Below are positions 1 to 9,769 of a stretch of 64,000 nucleotides of DNA, in pieces. Location of the stretch: the NCBI GenBank assembly GCA_030704615.1, contig CM060731.1, forward strand, positions 93,930,001-93,994,000, in the 5' to 3' direction. This stretch comes from Takakia lepidozioides. Its lineage: Eukaryota > Plantae > Bryophyta. The notes under the pieces were generated by a model. The model was given only the letters and a program-made list of their open reading frames with translations, was not told the origin of the DNA and ran no database searches. The number at the start of each line of letters is the position of its first letter. The stretch's first letter is position 1. Position numbers and translations under genes: made by a program.

Positions 1-1
1 A

Positions 2-1282
2 TGGCACCCCATGGCAGCCCATAACACATACAAGGGAATTCCACATGAGCTTCTGGGATTCCGTATCCTCGGATTGCATATCACAAACTGCAATTGTCAT
101 AACTCGTTGGTACACTGGATCGTACACATGACAAGCCATTGTCGTCCAATCTTTCACTCGTTTCACATGATCAAACATAAGAAAACAATTTTGCAGGTCC
201 CCAGTCTTCTGCATCCGCTTCACGAGGCTAACCCCACTATCCTCCCCAGCAGTCGACATTTTGAAAAGAAAAACTTTGATGACACCTTGACCTGGAAAAA
301 CATTGTCCTGGATGTAGTCGTACATGATCAGTCGTTTCAATTCCAAAATGTTGTCTATATAGCCTCTGATCCCAGAACCCATTCTCAATGCATTGATCTG
401 ATGCCGAATGTTAGGTGAACTCAACGTGGAGAAATGATCCATGACAACGTCGAGTGCTGCACCGTCAAGTTTAGTCCCCATAGAATCCCCTTCACTCAAA
501 ATATGGCTTTCCAAGAAGGACTTGTTTGCGCCAAGAGCAATTGCGGATGTTGTTGCGAATGGGTTTCTCTTGTACTCCTGTTTAATCAACCTCGATACTG
601 TCTCAACACTCTCCCTGTAATCCCCCTTCGAGACATGATGGTTATGGAAACCGAAATGCACACAAGCTCTTGTCATGGTTTTCAAACGGTGGACAACATA
701 GTACATTCTTGCTCCACACAGCGCCAGGCAGGTTGGTACTAGTTTGCAGAATTTGCAAACAAAAGTGGTTTCCGCTGGAGGAGCAGACCCAGGCTTAAAT
801 GGATTTTCCGCGAGACCCTCCCACTCGCTTTGATTGTGACCCCCAGACTGAAGAAAGTGTCTGCAATTCAAATTATCACACCTAAGGTGTCCATTGCAAA
901 CTGTTCTCCTGAAAACAAGCTTGTCCTCATTTTGAATATTGGATGTTTTTGTTCTGCACCATGGGTGCCCGTCGTGTTTCTTGTCCATTCCGTGCATCAT
1001 GCTTGTTATACCTCCAACTCGCGGAGGAGGAGGTAGCTCGAATAGGATATCCCCATCAAAAGTCTCTGGCAGGAACTTCGCAGGCACCTGCTTCAAAGCT
1101 TCCCAATCAATTCCCTGCAACTCACTTTTGAAACCTGCCATTCCTCCCATCGCCCGTAGTTTTGGAATGACACTACAAATGTCTTCTTCATCCGCTTCCA
1201 CAACTACAGTACAAAGGACTAGAGTTGGAATTTCTAATTCTCTGAATGCGGAATAGTGTGTGGACCAGGCTCGTAGTAACAT
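2..1282 (-). CDS. Mutator-like (MULE) DDE transposase, partial; ORF open to the left window edge, with a Cys/His-rich GCM/WRKY-like domain
   Basis: Manual translation gives about 427 codons with no stop; it is absent from the ORF track because it runs off the edge. Sequence: ...DGHPWCRTKTSN..CNGHLRCDNLNC..CKFCK..CGARMYY..HFGFHNH.. then MFDHVKRVKDWTTMACHVYDPVYQRVMTIAVCDMQSEDTESQKLMW, resembling the first catalytic-Asp strand of MULE-type transposases. Confidence 0.75.
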   Translation of the reverse strand, partial: MLLRAWSTHYSAFRELEIPTLVLCTVVVEADEEDICSVIPKLRAMGGMAGFKSELQGIDWEALKQVPAKFLPETFDGDILFELPPPPRVGGITSMMHGMDKKHDGHPWCRTKTSNIQNEDKLVFRRTVCNGHLRCDNLNCRHFLQSGGHNQSEWEGLAENPFKPGSAPPAETTFVCKFCKLVPTCLALCGARMYYVVHRLKTMTRACVHFGFHNHHVSKGDYRESVETVSRLIKQEYKRNPFATTSAIALGANKSFLESHILSEGDSMGTKLDGAALDVVMDHFSTLSSPNIRHQINALRMGSGIRGYIDNILELKRLIMYDYIQDNVFPGQGVIKVFLFKMSTAGEDSGVSLVKRMQKTGDLQNCFLMFDHVKRVKDWTTMACHVYDPVYQRVMTIAVCDMQSEDTESQKLMWNSLVCVMGCHGVP

Positions 1283-1416
1283 GTGATTTCTCTGTCGATC
1301 TGCAAACAGGGAATACACATTGCATACGTAAGAAATATTTAACGTTTGGACTTGAAATGCGCACAACATGCAATTTGAAAGGCTATGGGTTTCTGAGGAA
1401 GTCCTACTTGTTCACG

Positions 1417-1830
1417 TCATGCATAACTGTCATCATCGGACGAATCCGAAAGCTCAACGATTGGAGTTGAGCACGTTTCTTTTTTTTTCACCACCACCTC
1501 CCTTTTGTCTTCAACGACTGAAGCAGCAGTCCCGGGCGTCACATATGATCCAAGGGACTTTCTCCGAGGCTCTCCAAGTACTCTGTATCTACCAGGGCGC
1601 ACTCTCCACTGGCTCACATGAGCCGTCTCATCACGATTTTGAAAAGAGTATTTCAACAACTTCCCGTCGAAATCGTACACCTCTTTCTCCAAGAAGATGG
1701 ACCCATTCAAAAGTTCAAACCGGGTAGCCAGGACATGTTCCGTCACAATCGCAAATCCATTGTCAAGTGCTCCTTTGGAGAAAGGCACTGGTTTGTCGTC
1801 AGAATAAAACTCTGCTTCGGAGGAAGCCAT
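1417..1830 (-). CDS. Possible upstream exon or ORF of the transposase gene (137 aa, acidic tail)
   Basis: Same-strand ORF directly upstream of the transposase, separated by an AT-rich stretch ending in a TTTGCAG acceptor near 1300. No recognisable domain. Confidence 0.35.
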   Translation of the reverse strand: MASSEAEFYSDDKPVPFSKGALDNGFAIVTEHVLATRFELLNGSIFLEKEVYDFDGKLLKYSFQNRDETAHVSQWRVRPGRYRVLGEPRRKSLGSYVTPGTAASVVEDKREVVVKKKETCSTPIVELSDSSDDDSYA

Positions 1831-3160
1831 GTTACGTCCCTGAGCGGGGGGTTCTCTTTCCTCAGCTGCTCCTTTGCGAAATCAGATGATTCAGCTATGC
1901 AACACACTGGTTGCACATGAAATGAGGCGGAAGCACCCGTTCCTTGAAGATTGTGCATATTATGATATTCCATCTAATCAATGTGGGATGGTTCCTGACA
2001 AGTCACCATCAAATTAACGTATGTGACATGCAGTCTGTATTGTCTTCTGAGCAATGTTGACAGATAATCCATCTAGTTGTGGGGGTCTCCCCAAAACAAT
2101 AAAAACCCGCCGACTTCCTTGAAGACAGCCTGAGGATCCCATGCAGGGATGATGGGAAGAGAATTTAAGTAATTAGTTCATTTGTCAGGCCATGACTATA
2201 TCCAGTATGTCTGATCATGTGGATGGTTTCAAGATCATGCAATCCCTGGGCCCAGAACTCTCCACGTACGCATATTCCGTTAAATCCTAAGTAGGCCTCA
2301 TGGCAAGTACTTCGAGAATTCTCATCCATGACGTCCAACGGTGATATTAATGAAGCCGTCACAAAAAAGACATATGTCAAATTTATGTTTGCACACGCCA
2401 AGAACCCAAAACAACCGCGCAAAGGATCAGCTGTCCCAAATAGGTTACGCTATTGTCACTGTCACGTACGTTCAAGTATTGGACACGCAAGAGGGAATCA
2501 AACGGTTCCAGGGACACTTCCAAAACGAAGGGACCTTGGAAGAAAGCAAGTCTGTTCATCATTCTTGTTTCTTAGAGGAAGAGAGGAAGTCAAGCTGGAG
2601 AGGGTTCCTTGTTCGGTTCGGAAGAGGAGGAAATCATTGTATTTTACATCGGTTAGAGAGAGGCTGAGATCAAGAGAGCAAATGACGAGGCGTCGCATGC
2701 AAGATGGTGCAGCACTTAGGCAGTATGTGAACTTGGAGACAGATCAAACAGAAGAGCATGTAGGAAGTGAGAGTGAGGTCGCCGCAGTCGCAGCGACGGC
2801 TGGAGCAGTGAGCGTAGGTAACCAAACAGTGACAGTCGAGTTCATGCACGAAGACAACACAACAGAAGGAGGAGCAGTGGACGCCATACCGGGAGGAAGT
2901 CAACAAACCCTACATCAGACAGAAATGGTGATCATTCAATATCCGCATAATACTGTTATCAAAAGGTCTTGATGTTTTTCATTCCATGTGGGATCAATAT
3001 ATTGTTTATTCTTATGTTCAGAACGATGAAAAAGGGAAGAGGAAAGCTGCAGAGGGCGATCCAAGCGATGCAGCCACGAAGCCGAAGAAGGCGAAGAAAT
3101 CCGTAAGTTCTCTCAAACGCACTTCTCCCTCTTTACTGATAGTCCCCCGATGTGAGAAAA

Positions 3161-6100
3161 GCGATGATCGGTGGCGATCATCGCTTTACAGAAGAATGTG
3201 GTTGGTGTCTTATTTCAGCAGATTCAGGACGTCAGGCAGGCAGGAAAGAATATGTATCAAGGCGAAAGTGATGATCGGTGCCGACCATCACCTTCGCCAT
3301 TGCTTTATTTAAGCAAAGAATGCGATGTTCATTGTGATTCAAGAGTGACAGGGAACTAAAGACGCATCTTGCAATGACGTCGAAGCGATGATTGGTAACG
3401 ATCATTGCTTTGAGGTCCATTCCCTTCTTGTTCAGAACAGTTTAGAAATGGCGTGGTCGTTCAGGAAAGTGATGATCGGTACCGACCATCACATTCAGCT
3501 CCCATTGTTTGTGCATCCCTTAGCACTTAAATAGTGATGGTCGGTACCGATCATCACTTTCGGCAATGATTGCATGTTAACCCAAAATCCTTTCTCGCAT
3601 TGGAAGCCTTTGTACAATGAAATTCTTTAGGTGGAGAAATGTCCATTCAACTTCATATTTGGAATTGGAGAAACAGCAAAGTGATGGAGTCTGTAATCTC
3701 TGGGCTCACTTTTGTGCTGTGACCATTAGTATCCTTCAGTGAGACGTAAAAAACTTGTGCACCCATTCATGCACGAAATCTGTTTCCAACTTGGTAATGT
3801 CATGCGAAAGTGGAGGACGAACAACAGGCATGGAGATCATCCGGCAAAGAGGGATTTCAAGACGTCCTCCAGAGACGATCATGTCCCTAATAACCTCCTG
3901 GGAATTTACCTTTTGATATGACATAAGTTGTTTCATCTTGTCAAGGTAGTGCAATTCAGGCTCGTCAGTGTCTTCGCTGTTCTCAGAACTCTTTGTGGAG
4001 TCGTCCCCTTCTCCAGAGCCCTTTGCATCTGTTTCTGCCTGCTTGGACTTTACACTCTTCTGCATACCCAAAATCGCCACAATAGCAACATTCAACTGGT
4101 GTTCAGGAAAACAGACATTTTAACACAGTGACGATCGGTACCGACCATCACTTTGTCTTCTAACAAATGAATGGAAATCCTACTTGGTTTCCCAATGCAC
4201 CTTGACTCCGTTCTCGCTAGACTGCGATGATCGGTGCCGACCATCAGGATGATGCAAGCGATGGTCGGTACCGCACATCATCACAAGACAGCATTGGGAT
4301 GCAAACACCCACGAGGTCTAAATGTGATGGTCGGCACCGATCATCACTAGAAGTCAGAACCCATTCTATCACTCATTGAACTTGATGTCCTCTTTTGGAT
4401 TCTGGTGCATTGCCAATCTGTTCAAAAAGTGATGGTCAGTACCGATCATCACAATCAGACTGCCTTGGGAAGCACAACCCATGAGGTCTAAATGTGATGG
4501 TCAGCACCGATCATCACTATAAGTCAGAATCCCCTCTATCACACATTGAACTTGATGTCCTCTCTTGGATTCTGGTGCATTGCCAATCTGTTCAAAAAGT
4601 GATGATCAGTACCGATCATCACAATCAGATTGCATTAGGAAGCGAACCCCATGACGTCTGAGTGTGATGGTCGGCACCGATCATCACTCTTAGTCAAAAT
4701 CCCTTCTTTCACCCACTGAACTTGGTCTCCTTTTATGGATTCTGGTGTTTGCCAAACCGTTCAAACAGTGATGGTCGGTACCGATCATCACAATCAGACT
4801 GCCTTGGGAAGCACAACCCATGAGGTCTGGATGTGATGGTCGGCACCGATCATCACTTCACAACAGAATTCTGCATTTCATTGTATGAGATATAGAGCAT
4901 AGAAATGGACTTGTAGGCGATGGTCGACACCGAACTGGGATGATTGCTGGAAGGATGTGAATGACGAGTTCGAAGACTCTCTGCTGCTTGGACATAACAC
5001 CCAGCAGTTCTACAACCACATGTTCTATGTCTGGGACGGGAACCATCGCTTGCTAGCTTGGATGGGGTACATTGCGAAACACCATTCAAAAGACAATGAC
5101 AAGCATTATGCTGTGGAGGCAATGGTTCTGGATCCTGGGAACGACATCGCCAGACTTGATGAGTTCCGCACAGTGCTACATCCTGATGTCATCAAGAAGT
5201 GCGAAACAGGAAGATCTGCAGGGACCTGGTACTCGTTGACCCGAGATGCATTTTTGGAGTACATGTATGCGGTATGGCCCAAACCACTTCTTCCTATGTT
5301 ATTACATACAAATTTGCAATTGTATGTCTGCTAATCCAATTGTTGATACTTGCAGCAAGAACTGGCAGAGGTCGCCGAGAGGGGGAAATCTGAGTACTAC
5401 CGCACTACAGCAGAAGAGTTGAGGACTGCTAAAGGAGTTGGAGCAGCCATAAAGAAGGAGTACGAGATAAGGAGAACGAAGCCGATGTCGGCCTTCCTAA
5501 AGCAATTGAGAATAGTGGATCCCGGACTTGGGGAGGAGTTCCTTCTCCAAATCAAATCCCACTACGACAAGCATGTACATCCAGAGATGCAACAGGAGAA
5601 ATTGCACAGGCTGGCTCTCTCTATGGTTGACAACCAGACAAAAGTGAGATGGCTTGAGATTTGGAACTCGGATCAGACGGTGAAGGATCTGAATCAGTTC
5701 CCAAAAAGCACAATCCAGCCTGGCACCAAGGTCGAGGAAATAAGTGATAATGCTCGAGAGGGCAGTCGAGGTACCATCCACAGTCCTTGAAGTGGGCAGG
5801 ACTCCAGTCCCTCAAGATACCAACTGTGTACATGGTGGGATCGTTGGCAGGATCGGACCACATGTCCAGGTAATCTGGGATTCCACTCAGGTGTTTTCCT
5901 TCCATCAACACATATTTAGTGTACTTGCAGAGGCTCAAAATAACACCATCCCCCAAAACAAGATATCAGAAAGCAGAAGAAAGTGATGATCGGTGGCGAT
6001 CATCACTTTCACATGAGAGAGAATGCAACATGGGTTGGAAAATCCTTATGATTATGTAGACTGCACAAATGGGAAATGTGATGGTCGGAAACCGACCATC

Positions 6101-7716
6101 ACTTCATTCATCAGAAACAAACTGCCTATGATAACAGAGGCATGATTAAGGATGGAAACAAAGACATGATCAGCAGTGACAACTGTTTGACTAGAGTATA
6201 TCATAGCAGTGGATGTGATGATCGGTACCGACCATCACCAAACTGTTGTGTAGCAGAAAAAAAATACAAAGTTTCTCTCAATGAGGCATGACAAAAGTTT
6301 AAAGAATGTGCTGGATAGGCATATGGCACTGCACCTGTAAACAACACGCATCATCGCCCACTCCCCTCCAACTTGACTGTCAAAATCGTTCGACCTCAAT
6401 ATGTTGCCATCCTTGGAGAACTCTCGGAAGAAACGTGAGACCTTTCCACTTTCTAATGTACGCCTCCAAGGTCATCTGTGGTGTTGAGACCATCGAAATA
6501 TTCAAGTCCTTCAAATTCTGCTCCAGGACAAGAATGGCGCGTTTCTCCAGCTGCAATGGGAACATGTATCAGAATTGCGCATGACAAAGCTATAGGATAT
6601 TTCGTATACAAGAGGTACTTGAATCCACAAATACCTGACTCCAAAATGTGGCCTTGTGAAGCCATTGATACGACATTTCAAGAGCAACAAATGAAGTATA
6701 TGAACAACCATGCAAAGATGCTGGCACCTTTGAACGACAAAGAGTACCAGAGGAACATTGCTTCATTGGCCGCCAAGGAGCCAGATGCGCAGGCAACTCC
6801 ACAGAAAGGCAGGAAGGCTGGTCGAAAGGGGAAAGATCCAAAGGCTCCGGAGGTAGTAGCCAAGTCACCTGGGAAGCCTAAGGACAAAGAGAAGGAGAAG
6901 GCTAAGGGGAAGGAGAAGGCGAAGGAGAAAGAGACGGAAAAGGAGAAATGTGAGGACAAGGAGAAAGATGAGACCGCTGGAAGGTACACCCTCACTGTTC
7001 AATGTCCATTCGATGCCAAGCCACACCCTTCCCGTGCGGACTTGGCAGGGCAGATCAAGATTGTGAATGAGGGATGGCTGGCGATGATGGAGACTTGGAG
7101 AAAGAGTTACTCGGGGGTGCCATCACCAACTTGGGATAACATGATTTCATTTCTTAATCTGGTAAGAATCTTTCTCTTCACATGGGACTTTCGAATTTTG
7201 TGTATGCCAATGTAGATGATGGTTTCTGTTGGGACCCTCATTTCTATTTGACTTGAAATTATACCGGTATGCTGCAGGTGAGCAATGGTCTCTCATTCGT
7301 ATGCGGTGTTCAAAAACCCTTTGCCGCTGACATGGTCATCCTTGACATCCTAGATGGCCTGCCTATCCCCGACGTTCCTCCAAAGGGAAAGACTCCATCC
7401 TGGAACAGATTCGATGAGAACTACTGGAGTTGGGTATTTGGCTTCTGCAATAATTTCCTTTCAGATGCAGGAACGCTTTTGCTCTTCCAGTCATGTGATA
7501 AGGATAGTCGTAAGGGTCTGGCGTCATACCTGAAGTCGTCTGGGTTCGAAATTCTGAGGACATGGAATTGTGTGAACATCCTGTACCTTCTGAAAGGTGG
7601 TTGCCCTGGACAGCTGGTATGGCACCGCCCTACTCTGAACTGTTTCCCAATGTCTTTTCAGTTGTTTCTACTGGCTTGCTCTACCACCATATGTGATGAT
7701 CGGCACCGATCATCAC
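3161..7716. repeat. Dispersed and tandem array of a 24-bp palindrome, consensus GTGATG(A/G)TCGGTACCGA(T/C)CATCAC, about 20 copies
   Basis: Copies start at 3161, 3268, 3385, 3469, 3534, 4128, 4224, 4258, 4324, 4429, 4494, 4599, 4664, 4768, 4833, 5983, 6078, 6215 and 7693, plus one copy split between 3681 and 4917. 4324-4856 is a ~170-bp tandem unit carrying two palindromes. Confidence 0.95.
4934..5140 (+). CDS. ParB/Sulfiredoxin-like domain core (C-terminal half)
   Basis: MFYVWDGNHRLLAW matches the ParB box-II-like (V/I)xDGxHRxxA signature; DGNHR is at 5035-5049. Confidence 0.7.
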
Positions 7717-8400
7717 AAAAACATTCCATTGTAGTTTACATTTGCAGTCCATATTTTGTTCTTTCATGCGCCATAATTTCTTTCGAATTTCTATGTCTCA
7801 CTCCTACCTTGCATCTTTGCCAGACAAGGATGTTTGAGGCAATCTGCCTGAGGCGGATTCGCACTTTCAAAACACCTTCATCCGTTCGCAGCTTTGAAAT
7901 TTCCGACCAGGGGTGTTTTGTCAACCCCCCATATGAACCGCATGTGGATGACATGCTGTACAATTTCATGCACTCCAGTCAGACAGCCAAAAGACCAGAC
8001 GAGTTTCCGTGGAGAGGTGCAAGGCAAAGAACCCCAGCGTTCATGCAGACGCTCTTGGAGTCATGCAGCCACCATTCTGCAAGGGTGGTCGACCTCACAC
8101 TATCCACAGGTTCGTTGGTTCAATACTGTTTCCATTCTGAAGGTCTTCCAGTTTGCATCCGATTTTGCATCCTCTACAACCTTCTTGAGGCTTTCTGTCT
8201 TGGCAGGTGCAACTTACCGTGCTTGCAAGGTTGGTGGGAGAAGCCTTTTTGGCATGGAGGGCGACACCGAACTATTCAAGAGTGTCCTCCTCCATCTTGT
8301 GTCTGGCTCTACGTCTGGCACACAGACCGAACAAATTCAAATCAGAAATGATGAGGATACCGAGGATAAGCAGATCGACAACGACTTCTCATGTGAGTAA
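7278..8400 (+). CDS. Beta-class (N6_N4_Mtase-like) methyltransferase domain, 3 exons
   Basis: Spliced translation in beta order: ADMVILDILDG (motif IV position), FLSDAGTLLLF (V/VI), RQRTPAFMQTLLESCS (motif X, cf. TQKPxxLxxxLI), RVVDLTLSTG|ATYRAC (motif I, cf. VLDPFxGSGTT), GRSLFGMEGD (motif II). Introns 7617-7823 and 8110-8206 splice in frame. Confidence 0.75.
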
Positions 8401-8879
8401 GTCGGCCATGGAAATGTCATTCCAGTTTGGGTGCTTGTTCAATTTTGCATACATCAAAATTGCAGTAATAACTTTTATCATGCTTTGACTTGCAAGAACG
8501 ACAGCGATGGATCTTCAGGAGAAACCCTCATTTGTGCTGAGACTGTTTTCGACAGCCCCCTTTCCACTTTTGTACTTCCTGTCTATGCCGAAGCAATGGC
8601 ACTTGAAATGGCCGAGGCTCTATCCCCTGACTTCTTATTGCCCGATCGCACGAGTAGCCATCGTAGATCCGGAGTTCTGAAATTCTTGGACTTGGATGCA
8701 GTGGACGCGCGGGGATACATTGTACTGACTCTGGATCAGACTGAACTTCGCATTTATTTTGTTCAATTTATATCCTATTCGGAACTCATTGAATTCCCTT
8801 GCCTCATTGCATTTGTTCCGGCAGAAAAAAAGGTGATTCAAACAATCTATTCGGACTCAAATGTCAATCTTCATGAATC

Positions 8880-9095
8880 CATCCCCTCAACCCCTCACAC
8901 TTATGTCATATCCATTGTGCATTCATCCATTGTGTATTCATGCATCCTCCATTCAAGAATGTTTTCCACCATTCAACATCCATCCCACATTCATCCATTG
9001 TACTCTCATCCATCCCATATTCATCCATTTGCTTGCATTGTTCCCACATATCCATATATTTCTCATCCACTCTACATTCATCCATCCTGCATTCA
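8880..9095. repeat. Low-complexity CATC/CATT-rich degenerate tandem repeat
   Basis: Repeated cattcatccatt-like words. Confidence 0.7.
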
Positions 9096-9769
9096 ATTGT
9101 TGCTTTCAGGTGGGGATAACCACGTCCTTTTATTATTTCATCGAACTTGATTCCGCGGTTGAGGGTGCTCTTCCGCGGAAATACAGTCTGCTTCTTAATT
9201 GACGCGCGTTGACGTGGCTTTTAAGCTTGATGACGTGGAGTGAGCCCGGTGACGTGGCGTTCGTTCAAGGTAACGTGGCGTGAGCGCGGTTGCGCTCACA
9301 CAGAGGCATCCCTGTCGCAGATCATGCAGGTTAGACTGCAAATTGATGGCGCCGAAATAGTATGCAGTTCATTTGTGTATTGTAGATACTATCATATGCT
9401 TGAGTAACAAGTTGGTGAAGATCACGTCATGCGGCGTGGGCATCAATTGTCATGAAGACTGGAGGCTGGAGCTCATGAAGCGTTGATTTTGTATGTCGAT
9501 TTTGCACAGTTGCTGATAGCTGGTGCAGTATCTTGCTCGTGATATGGCTATGGCGGAGGCAGTCGCCACCATGAACTGTCGTCAAACACCAACAGTATAC
9601 ATTGGCAGAAAACAGGGAAGATCCTCAACCATCTTCACACTCACTTCTCTCTCGTCAATTATTAGGGTTTGTAGCTTTGGCAGCTTTGAGGGTTCAGTTT
9701 TGTTGTTCATGGCTCCTCCCAAAGTCCCAGACACATTCAAGTACAAGTTTTTTTTTCAAAAAATAGACA

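Larger units (their letters stand above)
2682..8400 (+). pseudogene. Spliced ParB/Srx-like domain plus beta-class N6A/N4C DNA methyltransferase-like gene, disrupted by inversions and frameshifts
   Basis: Exons with GT-AG boundaries: ~2682-2928, 3022-3102, [4059-3688 inverted]+4934-5271, 5356-5700+[inverted 6701-6635, 6550-6335, ~5930-5701]+6702-7161, 7278-7616, 7824-8109, 8207-8400. Motifs: IPLCRM..VRP..DI.KL, VWDGNHR, a K/E-rich linker, then MTase motifs. Confidence 0.75.
1..9315. mobile_element. Two-gene Mutator-like DNA transposon (left end outside the window; right end approximate)
   Basis: Divergent transposase (-) and cargo gene (+). A GC-rich segment with repeated TGACGTGG motifs at 9150-9310 precedes unrelated hAT sequence. 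TIR and TSD cannot be checked. Confidence 0.5.

Noticed and set aside
3161-4933. CRISPR array (palindromic 24-bp repeats with spacers)
   Set aside because: Eukaryotic intron context, irregular spacer lengths, spacers duplicated within 170-bp tandem units, and no cas genes.
6678-6995. Minus-strand Ser/Phe-rich ORF
   Set aside because: Antisense shadow of the K/E-rich linker on the plus strand.
7269-8351. 360-aa ORF taken as a single-exon protein
   Set aside because: It reads through two GT-AG introns; only the spliced form completes MTase motifs I and II.
2682-8400. Bacterial or phage contamination as the source of the ParB-MTase gene
   Set aside because: The gene has spliceosomal introns and is contiguous with plant TEs.
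8431-9150. 239-aa ORF as a third gene of the element
   Set aside because: The 3' half translates the CATC low-complexity tract, and there is no recognisable domain.
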